Source of the DNA: Eledone cirrhosa
Lineage: Eukaryota
Length of the DNA stretch: 64,000 nucleotides
Assembly: GCA_964016885.1 (NCBI GenBank)
Contig: OZ024743.1
Location: forward strand, 33,666,001-33,730,000
Direction of reading: 5' to 3'
Of the stretch, positions 28,495 to 41,976 are shown piece after piece. Under the pieces are notes generated by a model. The model was not told where the DNA came from. It worked only from the letters and a program-made list of their open reading frames with translations, and searched no databases. Position numbers and translations under genes: made by a program. Every line of letters starts with the position of its first letter. The stretch's first letter is position 1.

Positions 28495-29619
28495 GGAATA
28501 CAAATCGTCTTTAATATTGCTTGCAAGGTTCAGATTTGAAATGACTATTAATGATTTTCTGAAATTGTTGAAATGGTGAGGAGATTCCAGGAAGCAAACA
28601 TTTGTATAGATACATTTCATTGTAAGAATAAATATTGTTATATTGTGTGTGTGACAGCTCACACCTATGCAGGTTTAGCTGGCCTCCTCCAAGGCATATC
28701 TCGTTGGAGGTGTCTTGGGTGATTTAATGATAGGAACCCCAGTTCTATCATCTCATTTCTACAGCTGAGTAAACTGGAGCAACGTGAAATAAAGTGTCTT
28801 GCTCAAGGAAACAACACATCACCCAGTCTGAGAATTTAACTCCCAACCTTTCGATTTCAAGCCCAATGCTCTAACCACTAAGCCTTGTTATATTACATAA
28901 AGATGAATTTAATTCTCCTGGGCGATAGCTCATATTAAGATCCTATTTTGAAAAGAAGCATAATTGATTCAAACATTTCAGTACTTCATCAGAGTAGATA
29001 TTATCTGTAGTACTTTTAGTTAACTGTATTTGCTTCACATAGGTGCACACACAAATGAATGCAACAATTTTACTTTGGTACTCTAGTATCCAATTTTGAA
29101 ATCCACATTCTGGAACCAACAGCTTTCTGTATGATGTCCAAGTTTAATAAAAATTCAATTTCTTCTTCTACTTGCCTCTTTATGTGAAATAGCATTCACC
29201 TCACAGGTTGTATTACTAGTTTTATATCAGTTGAGTGATAACGCTGAATATAAAGTCTTTTAACTTACCAATACCCTCGAATAACACTTCAAAGAATTGT
29301 TTATTAATCAAATAATTTTTTTGTTGTTCTGGATGTTTTTGTTATCATTGAGAAGGTATTAGCATAGTTTATATTAGTTTAGAATTTGTCCCATGTCCCA
29401 ATAAATGGATGCTGATCATAAGATGTAGTTACAAATATCCTCTGAATATTGCAAACTAAACCAATTTTATGTGACACAAATGGTCTCAAAGCTATAGATG
29501 CAGTTGAGCTATTGGTAAATGTCTTAGCTTGACATAATTGGATAATTGCTTCAGGTTTTAATACCTTGTTTTTATTAAATGTCCCTTTATCAATTACATT
29601 ACATGTATTATCAACAACA
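28495..29619 (-). pseudogene. Decayed Ty3/Gypsy pol (protease to RT), interrupted by a SINE at 28645-28884 and continuing beyond the LINE at about 31155-31217
   Basis: Minus-strand translation with stops and frameshifts: IEVDRIVTSF|VVDNTCNVIDKGTF (protease-like), LFEGIGKLKDF, VIQPVR*MLFHIKRQVEEEIEFLLNLDIIQK, VPK*NCCIHLCV, FFSK*DLNMSY, YKCLLPGISSPFQQFQK, NIKDDL. These are Gypsy RT motifs in the canonical order. Confidence 0.8.
28645..28884 (-). mobile_element. tRNA-derived SINE inserted in the Gypsy RT
   Basis: GGCTTAGTGG A box, degenerate B box, same core as 34912-35060, (CA)n end; 10-bp TSD TTGTTATATT (28635-28644, 28885-28894). Confidence 0.85.
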
Positions 29620-30855
29620 TTTGTCGACCTTGAGAAAGCCTTTGACAGAGTTCCACGTGCAGTAATCTGGTGGGCTCTTAGAAAACTAGGAGTAGATGAA
29701 TGGCTTGTGAAAGCGGTACAAGCCATGTATAGGGGAGCAGTCAGCAAAGTTAGGATTGGCAATGAGTATAGCGAGGAATTTAGCGTACAGGTTGGGGTCC
29801 ACCAGGGCTCTGTTCTTAGCCCTCTCCTGTTCATCATAGTCCTGCAGGCAATAACGGAGGAGTTTAAGACCGGATGCCCATGGGAACTCCTGTATGCTGA
29901 TGACCTCGCACTCATAGCTGAATCTATGGTAGAACTAGAGAATAAATTCCAAACCTGGAAGCAGGGACTAGAGAGAAAGGGCCTCAAAGTCAACATGACA
30001 AAGACTAAGGTCCTTATAAGTAGACGAGAAAACAGAACCCAGATCCCCTCAGGGAAATGGCCTTGCTCAGTATGTAGGAAAGGTGTAGGTAGGAACTCCA
30101 TTCTTTGCCCCAAATGCAAACAATGGGTACACAAGAGATGTAGCGGGATCTCAGGAAGCTTAATTAAGAATGTAGGATTCACATGCAGCAGCTGTGCTGA
30201 AACAGCAAGCAAACAGCCACAGGAAACAAGTACCACCAATCTCTGGGAGGGCCCTGTAGAAACAGTAGACAGCTTCTGCTACCTAGGTGACCGAATTAGC
30301 AACGGAGGTGGGTGCTCAGAAAGTACAATAACTAGGGTAAGAACGGGATGGAAGAAGTTTAGGGAACTACTACCACTGCTAGCTGCAAAAGGCTTCTCCC
30401 TCAGAATGAAAGGCAGACTGTATGATGCGTGTATACGAACAGCGATGTTGCATGGTAGTGAGACCTGGGCGCTGAAGGTGGAAGACTTACGTAGATTAGA
30501 GAGAAACGAAGCCTGCATGCTCCGATGGATGTGTAACAGTAATATACGTGAACGACAAAGCATAAATGAATTGAGAGAGAGACTGAGCATAAGAGGAATC
30601 AAATGCTGCGTGCAGGAGAGGCGGTTACGCTGGTATGGACATGTGATGCGTATGAAGGATGACAGCTGCATAAAAAGGTGCAGAGCACTAGAAGTTGATG
30701 GAAACCGCGGAGTGGGGAGACCCAAGATGACTTGGGATGAGGTGATAAAAGCCGACCTTACCCAACTACACCTCTCAAAGTCAATGACACACGACCGTGA
30801 CTTCTGGCGTCACGCAGTAATACAGGGTACCCGACCTCCCATGGGTACATGCTGA
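29620..30855 (+). CDS. RTE LINE reverse transcriptase (5'-truncated) with an internal C4HC3 PHD-like finger
   Basis: Motifs FVDLEKAFDRVP, GVHQGSVLSPLLF, LYADDL, GLKVNMTKTK, FCYLG, MLHGSETW, RRLRWYGHVMR, GRPKMTW. The first 18 aa of the listed ORF 29566..30855 come from flanking DNA. Confidence 0.95.
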   Translation, partial: FVDLEKAFDRVPRAVIWWALRKLGVDEWLVKAVQAMYRGAVSKVRIGNEYSEEFSVQVGVHQGSVLSPLLFIIVLQAITEEFKTGCPWELLYADDLALIAESMVELENKFQTWKQGLERKGLKVNMTKTKVLISRRENRTQIPSGKWPCSVCRKGVGRNSILCPKCKQWVHKRCSGISGSLIKNVGFTCSSCAETASKQPQETSTTNLWEGPVETVDSFCYLGDRISNGGGCSESTITRVRTGWKKFRELLPLLAAKGFSLRMKGRLYDACIRTAMLHGSETWALKVEDLRRLERNEACMLRWMCNSNIRERQSINELRERLSIRGIKCCVQERRLRWYGHVMRMKDDSCIKRCRALEVDGNRGVGRPKMTWDEVIKADLTQLHLSKSMTHDRDFWRHAVIQGTRPPMGTC

Positions 30856-31154
30856 AGCATATAAACAATATGCCCCCCCCCCCCCACCGCAAGGTGGTCG
30901 TGGAGGTGCCACGGCAAAAAAGCACCCAGCCCACACTGTAAAGTGGACGTGTAGGCGCCACGAAAAAGCACCCAGCACTCACTGTAAATGAGGTTGGTGT
31001 TAGGAAGGGCATCCAGCTGTAGAAATCAAGCCAGATCAGTTCCTGTATGAGCAAGGCATGGTCAGCCGACCAGACACTGCCCACAACAGGACAACCCGTC
31101 TAACCCATGCTAGCGTGGAAGAACGGACGTAAAACGGTGATGATGATGATGATG
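29620..31154 (+). mobile_element. 5'-truncated RTE-clade LINE, apparently young
   Basis: Uninterrupted RT C-terminal ORF, about 300-nt 3' UTR with repeated AAAAAGCACCCAGC(C/A)C..ACTGTAAA units, and a (GAT)n tail. GC content is clearly above the flanks. Confidence 0.95.
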
Positions 31155-31259
31155 AAATGATGTAACTATTCTATCAACTTCTATTTGTTGCTCTTTTAGT
31201 TCATCTTCACCCTTAGTCTAAAATATAAATTCACTGAGATTACTTTTCCATGTAACTGA

Positions 31260-31486
31260 TTAACACTTTAGCCTTTAAACCGGCCATATCCAACCAGAAC
31301 TGTCTCACCTCTTTCTGTTCAAACTAGCTGTAACTGGTCACTCAGTTATGTTACGGTATTGGTCTCAAAATAAATATCATCAAAATCTCTTAGATTCGAT
31401 ATTATGTGAGATAATTATGTAAGATAGAGTTTTTACCATGAAAATACAATAGTATGTATAGAATAATGTAAATACTAAAGGGTTAA
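31260..31486 (+). mobile_element. TTAA-ended MITE family A
   Basis: Same TIRs and body. Confidence 0.85.
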
Positions 31487-31881
31487 TGTAATGGCACTAC
31501 ATGTCAGTGTAGGTAAAAAGACTTATTGAAATTTTGAAACTATGGTTTCCTTGTATTTCACATTACAAGCTGGGCATTTAAAATAAGGAAAGATAGATTT
31601 CAAACCACATCTAAATTAGAACATATTTTTAATAATAATTTGAGATTATCTAATTGGATTGACATTGTCATCATTGTTTTTACGTCCATTTTTCAACCAT
31701 GCTTGTATGAGTTGGACAGGCCCTTCTCAGCATAGCATTTCTCCTCTGTGAGTTTCCCTGAGGTCAGCTCTCATATTCAAATCATTATTTCCTGTACAAT
31801 TCAAACAAATTTGTTTATTATATTTGAATTATACAATATTCATAATCAATAAAATTATCAGCACCACACATTCACCAATGT

Positions 31882-32938
<1,057 letters not shown>

Positions 32939-34711
32939 ACTCCAAGTGTATGTCTATACAAAAATCCAAGTTTTGAACTTGATGTCAATATACATTAACA
33001 TAGTTAAATTATCTTTGATATATTATTAAAATAATAATAATAATTGTTTCTACTTTTGGCACAAGGCCAGTAAATAAACACAATTCTAGATAATTCCTGC
33101 ATCTGCTATTGTGACTACAGTGAATGAAATATAGGAAGAAATATATACTCAGGTAGTAGGTGCTGGCATGGCTGGGTGGTTAAGGAGTTCTGCTTTAGTC
33201 TCAGTTTGACCAGTGCCTTGTGAGAGAAATTTTGGTAGACTTTTTTTTTTTCTTTTAAACCGAGCTGATGATCCGTTTGAGGTGAAACAAATTGTTTGCG
33301 GAAATGATTTAACTGTTTGGAACTACTTCTATATATATATATATATATCACCATCATCATCATCATCCAACGTCCACTTTCCATGCTAGCATGGGTTGGA
33401 CAGGCTGTTCCTTTGAGAGATCTGATCGGAGGACCATGTTTTGCTCATGCAGGGCTGATTTTGGCTTGGTTTCTATGACTGGATATCCTACACACACACA
33501 CACACCCATATACACACATACATACATATATATATATGTGTGTGTGTGTGTGTCTGTGTCTGTCTACGCCTGTCTACTGATTGTTTAGGTCCTGTAATTT
33601 AGCAGTTCAATTTAAAAAAAAAAAAAATTGATAAAATAAGTACCACCACACTTGAAAGATTGGAATCAGTATGTTTGATAAAAAAAACCCCCATCCTTAC
33701 AAGGTAGTGCGCCATCATGACCAGTCTGACTGGAACTACTCGTAAAAGAAAAGAATGTAAGATTCAGTCAAACAAAAAGAAATTCAATGAGAGATATATT
33801 GAAGAAGGGAAATTTTACCTCAGACTTATCAGGATTAATACCTTAGTTTAGCCTAGGTTTGCTCTGCTAATGTGTATGGACTGGAATATAGCCTATACAT
33901 GGAAATAAGATGATGGTGATGTAGGCAGGTTCATTTAAGAGGAAACAAAACAAATTATTAAAGAAAAGAAAATGGGTAGAAGTCTGCGTATGAATAAAAG
34001 AATCTTAGAGAAATGTAATGAGTCTAATGAAGGGTTGAGGTGAATAATCAGACAAAATAGGTGAATGGTAGCTGGCTAGGAAGCAGAGACAAAATCAGAA
34101 ACAATATAATGAATAGAAAGGGAAGATAAGAAGAATATAGAGAAAGGAAATTAGTCGGCCAATAAAAAAATTGGTGATGAAGTGGAAATGATTTGGCTAA
34201 ATAAGTGGAACAGAGAGAGAGGGGTTGGGAGAGGAGGAGGAGAGAGCAGAATGGAAAACAAGAAGAGAGAAAACAAAAAAATAACATGAAATTTGTGTAT
34301 AAATTAACTGTAAGGTAAAAAGAAAAACAAACATATTATTGGAAATCATTTGTACTGCTTGTATCTCATTAGAGAGTTTTGCTTGTATGAATAACATCCA
34401 TTTCTATGAATAAAACAAACTGGGTTTTTATATTGTTCCTCACTATCTAAATGTAAATCTTTAAAAGATGTTATGGTATACAGCAATCTTAGAATCTATG
34501 ATTCCCAGAGTAGATACTATATTTAGGATGTGTTTTAATAACACTTTATTTGTCTTGTGTTTGTTAGTTGTAGTGGCAGGCATATGATGAAGCAGGAAAA
34601 CGCATTACCTTAATTTGATGGACTTTATTTATCACACAATACCCATAGAATGAAGACACTTGAATACTACAGCTTAAAAATCCTGTCAAATCTTGCTGTA
34701 AATAATGTATT

Positions 34712-35063
34712 CATCATTCATCATCATTTCATTTTACGTCCGCTTTTCCCTGCTTGCAAGGGTGAGACGGGAACTGATTCTGGCTTGATTTCTACAGCTG
34801 GATGCCCTTCCTAACACCAACCACATTTACAGTGAGTGCTGGGTGCTTTTTTGCCGTGGCACCTCCACGACCACTTTGCAGTGGAATGATAGGGACCCCA
34901 GTCCCTATCATCTCATTTCTACAGCTGAGTAAACTGGAGCAATGTGAAATAAAGTGTCTTGCTCAAGGAAACAACACATCACCCAGCCTGAGAATTGAAC
35001 TCACAACCTTTCGATTGCAAGGCCAATGCTCTAACCACTAAGCCATGTGCCTCCATGTGCCTC
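34712..35063 (-). mobile_element. tRNA-derived SINE with an RTE-derived 3' half
   Basis: A/B boxes (TGGCTTAGTGG, GAGTTCAATTC), core, then sequence matching the LINE 3' UTR (about 30890-31043) and a (GAT)n-type tail. Confidence 0.85.
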
Positions 35064-36544
35064 GTATTGTTTTGAAAAACAAACATCTTAACTCTTCTTC
35101 TTCATAACTTTATGATTCTTTCAGAAACTATCTTTATTGTTATATTGAAAGGACACAATTACCAAAATGTAGTGTATAGTGGTTACTTTCTTGCTAGGAA
35201 AATCTGCAAAATAGACATAATGCCATTTCAATGATTTCAGTTCACTTATTCCTCATAAACATGATTTTTTGGTAACTTGATAATTCTGGAGAAATGAACA
35301 GTGCCCATGGCTTTCACAGCCCCCCAAGATCAGTAAGATTGAGGCCATTGATGTTCTGTTTAAATTGTTGCAGGTTCACTCCTTTGGGAAAAACATGAGC
35401 AAAGAGGGCTGACATTATGGGCATAGGGGTTAGTGCAAAGTATAAGAAGATGGACACTACATGGATGGTGATATTAGGAGAGATGAGTGAATCATGAGTG
35501 CCTGAGTGAAGATTTGATGGAATATTTCAAAAATCCTTAACCCTTTGGAACCGAATCATCTGACCCCCCTCCACTGGTTTTTTTAATACAAAACTTTATT
35601 TTAAAGTATTTATATTTATCTGAAAACTTCCAGCTTAATGCTAATGAAAAAGATAGTTATACTACTAAATCTCAGTATTTTCCCCAAAATTATTTGAAAG
35701 TCTTTGGCAGTGTTTTTTCATTAAAGATGTGGTAAAGGTTTAAAGAGAGGAACAATTAAGAAACTTTTGAATCTGTAATACGACAATCAACAACAAGGTT
35801 TAGACTGATTTATCATAATCATCAGTAAGAGCAGTACTATTATCTAGATTTATTGAGTGTGATTGTGAATATGTAAAACCTATCAATGTGTTTCAGTGAC
35901 CAACTTTCAATCAAATCTGAAAAGATGTCAGTCTTGATGAATAAGAATATTTCTTTTTCTGAAGAAATTATATCTCCAAACATTTATTGCTTTTTCTTCT
36001 TCTCTCTAATTTTCACTCTTTTTCACTTTCTTTCTTGCTTCTCTCTTTAAATTATATATGTGTATAAATATCTATGTTCACGAGCACATTTATTTACATG
36101 CATACACAGATGTAGATTTATATTATACTTGTGTTTCTAAGAATAGAAAGGGAATTTTGCCAACAAGGCCTTAAGACAAGTTATCTTTGATCAATCTTAT
36201 AATTATATGCGGTAGTTTTATAATATCAAAACACAGCGGTATTTAGAATTTAGACTTCAACTTACAAAGTAGACTTTATCTTTTGTTTTTAAAGGATGTA
36301 TGAAATAGCTGCTGAGCATTCTATTGCAGCTGATTCAGTTTCATTTAATGTTATTGAATACAAATAAAATGAAAAATAGAGATGCTTTTGTATAATTGGT
36401 AATGTAGCTGTCCGGTAAATTACACAAATGAAAACAACAACAACAATATCAACCAATAATAAATGAAAATTCACATACAATATTATTCAGTAGTAATACA
36501 ATAATATGATAGCATTAACCCATTCATTACTATATTTCTCATGT

Positions 36545-36832
36545 AGACACATGAAGCCACCACTCCACACCCTAAAGTGGTCGTGATGGCAACATGACAA
36601 AAAGCACCCAGCCCACACTGTAATGTGATTGTGTAAGTGTCACGGCTAAAAGCACCTAACACACTGTAAATGTGGTTGGCGCTAGGAAGAGCATCAAACC
36701 ATAGAAACCAAGCCAAAACAGGTTCTGTATGAGCAAGACATGGTCACCTGACCTGACATTGCTCACAACAGGATAACTCATCTAACCCATGCTAGCATGG
36801 AAAAATGGACGTTAAACAGTGATGATGATGAC
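36545..36832 (+). mobile_element. RTE 3'-UTR fragment. Similar fragments lie at about 2530-2845, 12765-12870(-), 27838-27938, 33350-33490(-) and 51380-51565
   Basis: AAAAGCACCCAGCCCACACTG repeats, GGTTGGCGCTAGGAAG, CTAACCCATGCTAGCATGGAA, (GAT)n tail. Confidence 0.85.
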
Positions 36833-37185
36833 ACTACTAATAATTTTTTAATAGTTTTAAAAATAATCAAGGACTTAGAGAGATTTAGTAATAGAAATAA
36901 ATTTCTCATTAAGCTAATTTTGGGAACATAATTTAACAAAGGTTGTTACATAACATTATGATAGAAAAGTTTTAGATAAATATATAGAAAAGAATGAGAA
37001 GCTGATCATCAGATTGAACCAAAGGAACTATGTTTAGATTGATCTTTCTGTAGTTTAATAAAATTTGCTGATCACAATGTCTAGTAAAAGTGTCATTACT
37101 TTTTCTGTGATAGGAGGTAGAATTTGAACTCAGAATGCACAGAGCCAGAAAATCCCAATCAACTCTTTAACTATTCTATCAGCCC

Positions 37186-37216
<31 letters not shown>

Positions 37217-37901
37217 ATGACCTGGTACCAATACTGAAAGGATGAAAGGCAAAATTGAGCTCAGAGTGCAGAAAGCTGGAATAAATACCATAGTATTTAT
37301 TTTGATGTTCTAATAGCTCTGTCAATTCACCATCTATACAATATAAATCATTGATCAAAACTAGGGAGACTCATTCAGCCAATTAACTCCAGTAGTTGAA
37401 TCAGTTGTTTTCCATTTCCATCTGTTTAATCTCTATAACTAAGCATAAATAATTTAACCTTCAAATTCTCCTTCTGGTATTTCTGGTTCATTGTTTTATC
37501 AGTTTCACATTAAATATCCTGATATCACTTTTAAATCACCTACTCTAGAAATTTACTAAGTTCGTAAATCTTGTTTTGAATGTTTTCCCATAATATTGGA
37601 ATGTCAGTATGTTACTATGCTCTCAAATTCCAATTAGATCCAACTTATTGATTGCATTAAAGAAATAATAGAAATTGTAAAAAGAAAGACAATTATTATT
37701 ATTATTATTATTAACTAACTCTTACAAATACGCACACATTCTGACATTCTGTTTCAAGAGCTATGGTCATAGTTCATGTTATTGATCAGATATATTTATC
37801 AATACAGTTATCGAATATATCTGATGATTGGGTAAGAATGGGATTGAAAGACATTTTTCAAATATTCACTATAATTCATGACAGAATTTTTATCTTCGTC
37901 C

Positions 37902-38098
37902 CTTTCTCTCAAATTTATAATGCAGGCTTTAAATTTCTACATGTTCTCTTTTCTCTAAGAAATATGTTATATGGCTGTCAACTGGGACACCATCATCATC
38001 ACGTTAACCGATGATGATGTCCCAGTTGACAGCCATATAGTATATTTCTTAGAGAACATGTAGAAATTTAAGGCCTGCATTATAAATTTGAGAGAAAG
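37902..38098. repeat. Long inverted duplication (hairpin, ~90-bp arms) centred on an RTE-like tail
   Basis: CTTTCTCTCAAATTTATAATGCAGGC...GGCTGTCAACTGGGACA is mirrored by TGTCCCAGTTGACAGCC...GCCTGCATTATAAATTTGAGAGAAAG. Confidence 0.9.
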
Positions 38099-39062
38099 AC
38101 TGTACATATGTAATTAAGTTAGATATATATGAACCTCAAAAGGGTGAGGAGAAGAAACGTGTAGCATCTGAATGAGTATCCTCCACCTCCCACTAACTTA
38201 CCCTCCACCTCTTGGTCCCAACTAACAGGATGGGGAATACATTGCCCCGGAGGATGGCAAGGGAGACACACTGAAACAGCCACTCCAGCTTGTGAGACTC
38301 GTACCTGTGGGCAGCCAACTTCACTCCGATAGCAGTGAGTAGGGATATGGTCTGGGAGCCAAGAATGTCAGAAGTCTACACTGCTACAGGCTCATATGCT
38401 TTTCCATATTTTCACGGGGTAGGCAGATCTTTTCCAGCACAGCATCCCTTTACTCATTGCATTTCTTTGTCATCTTTTCTGTGAGCTTCAGCAATTTAAG
38501 ATCAGCTCTCAACACCTCTACCCAGCTCTTTCTTGGTCTTCCTCTACTCCAGTTTCCTTACACCTTTTCAGCACTTTTTAAGTAAAAAAAATCATCATCC
38601 ATACGCATCACATGCAAGTCAGTTGTTGTGAATACTACATTTGGTTCCTCTTATACCCAGTTTTTGTCTTAGCTCATCCATGCTTTGTTGTTCACACATA
38701 TTAATATTCCACTTCCATCAAAGCAGTCTTGCTTCATTTCTCTCAAACTTCATATATTCTCCTCATTCACAACCCATATTTCACTACAATGCAGCATCAC
38801 ATGTTGCATATAGGCATCATACAGCCGCCTCTATACAATATATGTAAAATGTATGTTGATATACAATATCTGTTAATAAGCATCTATCCCATCAACTTAA
38901 AACTTTTTAGAATTTTTTTCTTCCAGATTTCTATTTCTAAACTTTGGAGAAATGATTCTACACAACAAAAATAATGATAGATAAAAAATATAGAAAATAT
39001 AGAAGAGAAAATGTTCTCAAAATCAACTTTTTCAATTCCACCTTCTTCATTTAATCTTAACA

Positions 39063-39546
39063 TTAAACCTTTAACATTTAAACCAGCCGTATCCAGCCAG
39101 AATTCTCTCACCTCTTTCTGTTCAAACAGGCCATAACCGGTTGCTTGTATTGATGTTAAGGTATTATTCTCAAAATAGATATCAAAATCTCTTAGATTTG
39201 ATATTGTGTGAGATAATTATGTGAGGTAAAGCCTTTACTGTGAAAATACAATAGAAAATTGGCCGGTGCTTATCCCAGTTTCATGGCATGAAGCGACTGA
39301 GAGTACAAGACTCCCCCCCTGGACAGGACGCCAGTCCATCGCGGGTTAAACCTCCAGCTATTGCTGGTACTCAATTTCAGCTGAGTATACTGGAGCAACG
39401 TGAAATGAAGTGTTTTGCTCAAGAACACAACACGCAACCCAGGAATCGAGCCCACGACATTATGATCGTAAGTCCAACACACTTACCACTAGGCCACGTG
39501 CCTCCACAATAGTAAATATAGAGTAATGTAAATGCTAAAGGATTAA
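39063..39546 (+). mobile_element. TTAA-ended MITE family A with a nested SINE (39260-39505)
   Basis: The MITE halves rejoin across the insertion; TSD ACAATAG(A/T)AAAT at 39248-39259 and 39506-39517. Confidence 0.9.
39260..39505 (-). mobile_element. tRNA-derived SINE with a V-domain-like 3' half
   Basis: A box TGGCCTAGTGG, B box GGCTCGATTCC, core TTGAGCAAAACACTTCATTTCACGTTGCTCCAG, then GATGGACTGGCGTCCTGTCCAGGG; has a TSD. A decayed relative lies at about 16600-16810. Confidence 0.85.
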
Positions 39547-41760
39547 ACCCTGTGTATATATGCATGTGTATGTATAGATGCAACATTGATGAATAGTTAA
39601 GTTTGCTTTGCAGTTAACTGACCTCAGATTTGATTCCCCTGTGTGGCATCTTGTGAGTGTACTAAATTATATGTTGCACTCCTTCATAAGTACGTTTCTC
39701 TTAAATGCTTAACTGAAAATAAGGAGTTAGCTATACACTTCATATTTAAGAGGCTAAATGAAAAGGAATGATGTAAATAATGATACAGAAGAAAATTCAA
39801 AATTTCTTTTTCATGCAATAAAATATTGAAAAATAGGTTGCAAGTTTTCTTTTTTCTTTTAGTTTATGTTACAGTTTTATTTAACTAAATAGGGTATTGT
39901 ACTCGAATGGTATAGGTGGCAAATTGGCAGAGTTGTTAGAACGTCTGTTAGAATGCTTTATGGTTCGGGTTCTCTGCTCTCTGAGTTCAAATCCTACCAA
40001 GAATAATTTTGCCTTTCACCCTTTCAAGGTCGATTAAAAAAAACAAAAGTACCAATCTAGTACTGGGGTTGATTCTTCCTCTCTTTGGAAGAAATTTGCT
40101 GTACTCAGGCCTGGAGAGGGATGGGCTCCGCCAGGCTTAAAATGCCCAAGAAACGCTGTATGTCAATACAGCGCCCCTCGACTCTAACAGGAGTCATGGG
40201 ACCATACCATACAACTAGAATAATAATTCGATCTTTTGTGATTTAAAATTTTCTTTCATCTTAACTGTACCAATCCATCTTTTGAGTTTCATGTTTTTCT
40301 ATGTATGTCTCTTGACAATGCAGCATGGCCAAATGGTTAAGAAGTTTGCTTTGCAACCATTTGTTCCTAGTTTCGAATCTATTGCATGGCATGTTGGACA
40401 AATATCATCTCCATAGTCTCGGATTAACCGAGTGAAGTTGGACTATAACTGTAATTCACATGGCCAATTTTGTCACATTAGTGTATCATGCTGGATCTCC
40501 TTGGGAAATCTGTGAAACTACACACGTCTGTGGAATGCTTAACCATTTCCATGTTAATTTCACAAGCAGGCTGTTCTGTTGATCAAATAACTGTAACATC
40601 TGTTATCTAAATTGATGGAGGTCCATTCCCCCCATTCCATGCATGACTAATATATTTTCATTTAAATAGCAGGACAGTAATTTTGTAAATTGTGATTTAA
40701 TAAGACCCATGAATAAAACATGTTCACACAATATGCGTTAGTTTTACAAATATAGTAAATTTGCTATTGGTTAAATTTTACTCTCCAAATTATCATCATA
40801 TCATTTCAATGTGAAACTAGTTTTTACCCATGACACTTTAACAATTATACATTCTTAAGAAATTTCATAAACTTGTCTTAATAACTGTATAAACATCTTC
40901 GAAACCATCACACACTTATCATCATTGTTCCCACAAATTTGCAAAATTTATTTTTGATGCAGTCATTAAATAATCTATTGTTTTTAGATTTTGAGTTTAT
41001 TTGTGAATTATCCTTAACTAACCATATTTATATCAGACTTTACACCTGAAACCATAATGAAGATACGAGTGAATTTTTCACATATTTCATTGATTTCCAA
41101 TAATTGTCTGCTATTAGTGATGAGATCATTTGTGTGTGTATGTGTGTGTTGTATGGATACTTGTGTCTATAATAATGGTATTGTGTAGTGGTGATTAAAG
41201 AAGGGAATGTGATTAGTGGATAATGTGGTCATGGTTGTAGTTCTAGTAATAGTAGTGTTGACAGTTTTCTGATAGTATTTGTAGAAACATTAATAGCAGT
41301 GTTAGCATAATAAACTCAATATTTGAAATGGTGGTGGTAGTAATTACAGTATTGGTGATAGTATTTCAGTGGTTTTCTTCATTTATGATTGTACGGTGAC
41401 AGTTGTCAGTAGGGATAGGAAAGTAGTGGTGATGATGATGAAATGGGGGTATGTCACAGGTAATATTCAGTAGGCAGAGAAGGGGGAGTAGCTAGGTTTT
41501 AGAAGCAGGCTTCTCTCTATTCTGGGAAGAGGTGCGGAATCAAAGGGATGTTCCGAGATCAAGGAACATATTCAACAATATTTCATTGGTAGATTACTGA
41601 AAAGAAATGGGATTATTAGGAAATAAGTCAAAGTCTATGCATATACACATATGTGTTTGTATTTGCATGTTTGTGTGCATAAGCAAGAAATATTGGGTTG
41701 TTAATTGTAATATGATTCAAGGTTAGTTGTAGGAGATAATTTGAAAAAGGAAGAAAGCAA

Positions 41761-41976
41761 TTAACCCTTTAGCATTTAAATAGGCCGTATCCAGCCAGAA
41801 TTCTCTCACCTCTTTCTGTTCAAACTGGCTGTAACTGGCTGTTCATACCTACCTTAAGGCATTGTTCTCAAAATAAATAACATCAAAATCTTGTAGATTT
41901 GACATTATATAAGATAAAGCCTTTAATGTGAAAATACAAGAGTAAATATAGAGTAATGTAATTGCTAAATGGTTAA
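41761..41976 (+). mobile_element. TTAA-ended MITE family A
   Basis: TTAACCCTTTAGCATTTA ... TGCTAAATGGTTAA. Confidence 0.9.

Noticed and set aside
29379-30725. 286-aa and 148-aa minus-strand ORFs
   Set aside because: Antisense shadows of the RTE ORF. Only the last ~80 aa of the first are meaningful, as Gypsy remnant.
29379-31217. Nested antisense host-gene exon disrupted by the LINE (ttttAG|ACTAAG at about 31217)
   Set aside because: The downstream sequence continues into recognisable Gypsy RT motifs with stops, so it is retroelement, not exon.
34980-35060. tRNA genes at A/B-box sites (also 39430-39505, 40320-40390)
   Set aside because: No complete cloverleaf; they continue into SINE bodies.
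38130-38395. GC-richer patch ending in LGAKNVRSL, like an RTE 5' UTR and endonuclease start
   Set aside because: A single short degenerate motif; too weak to call.
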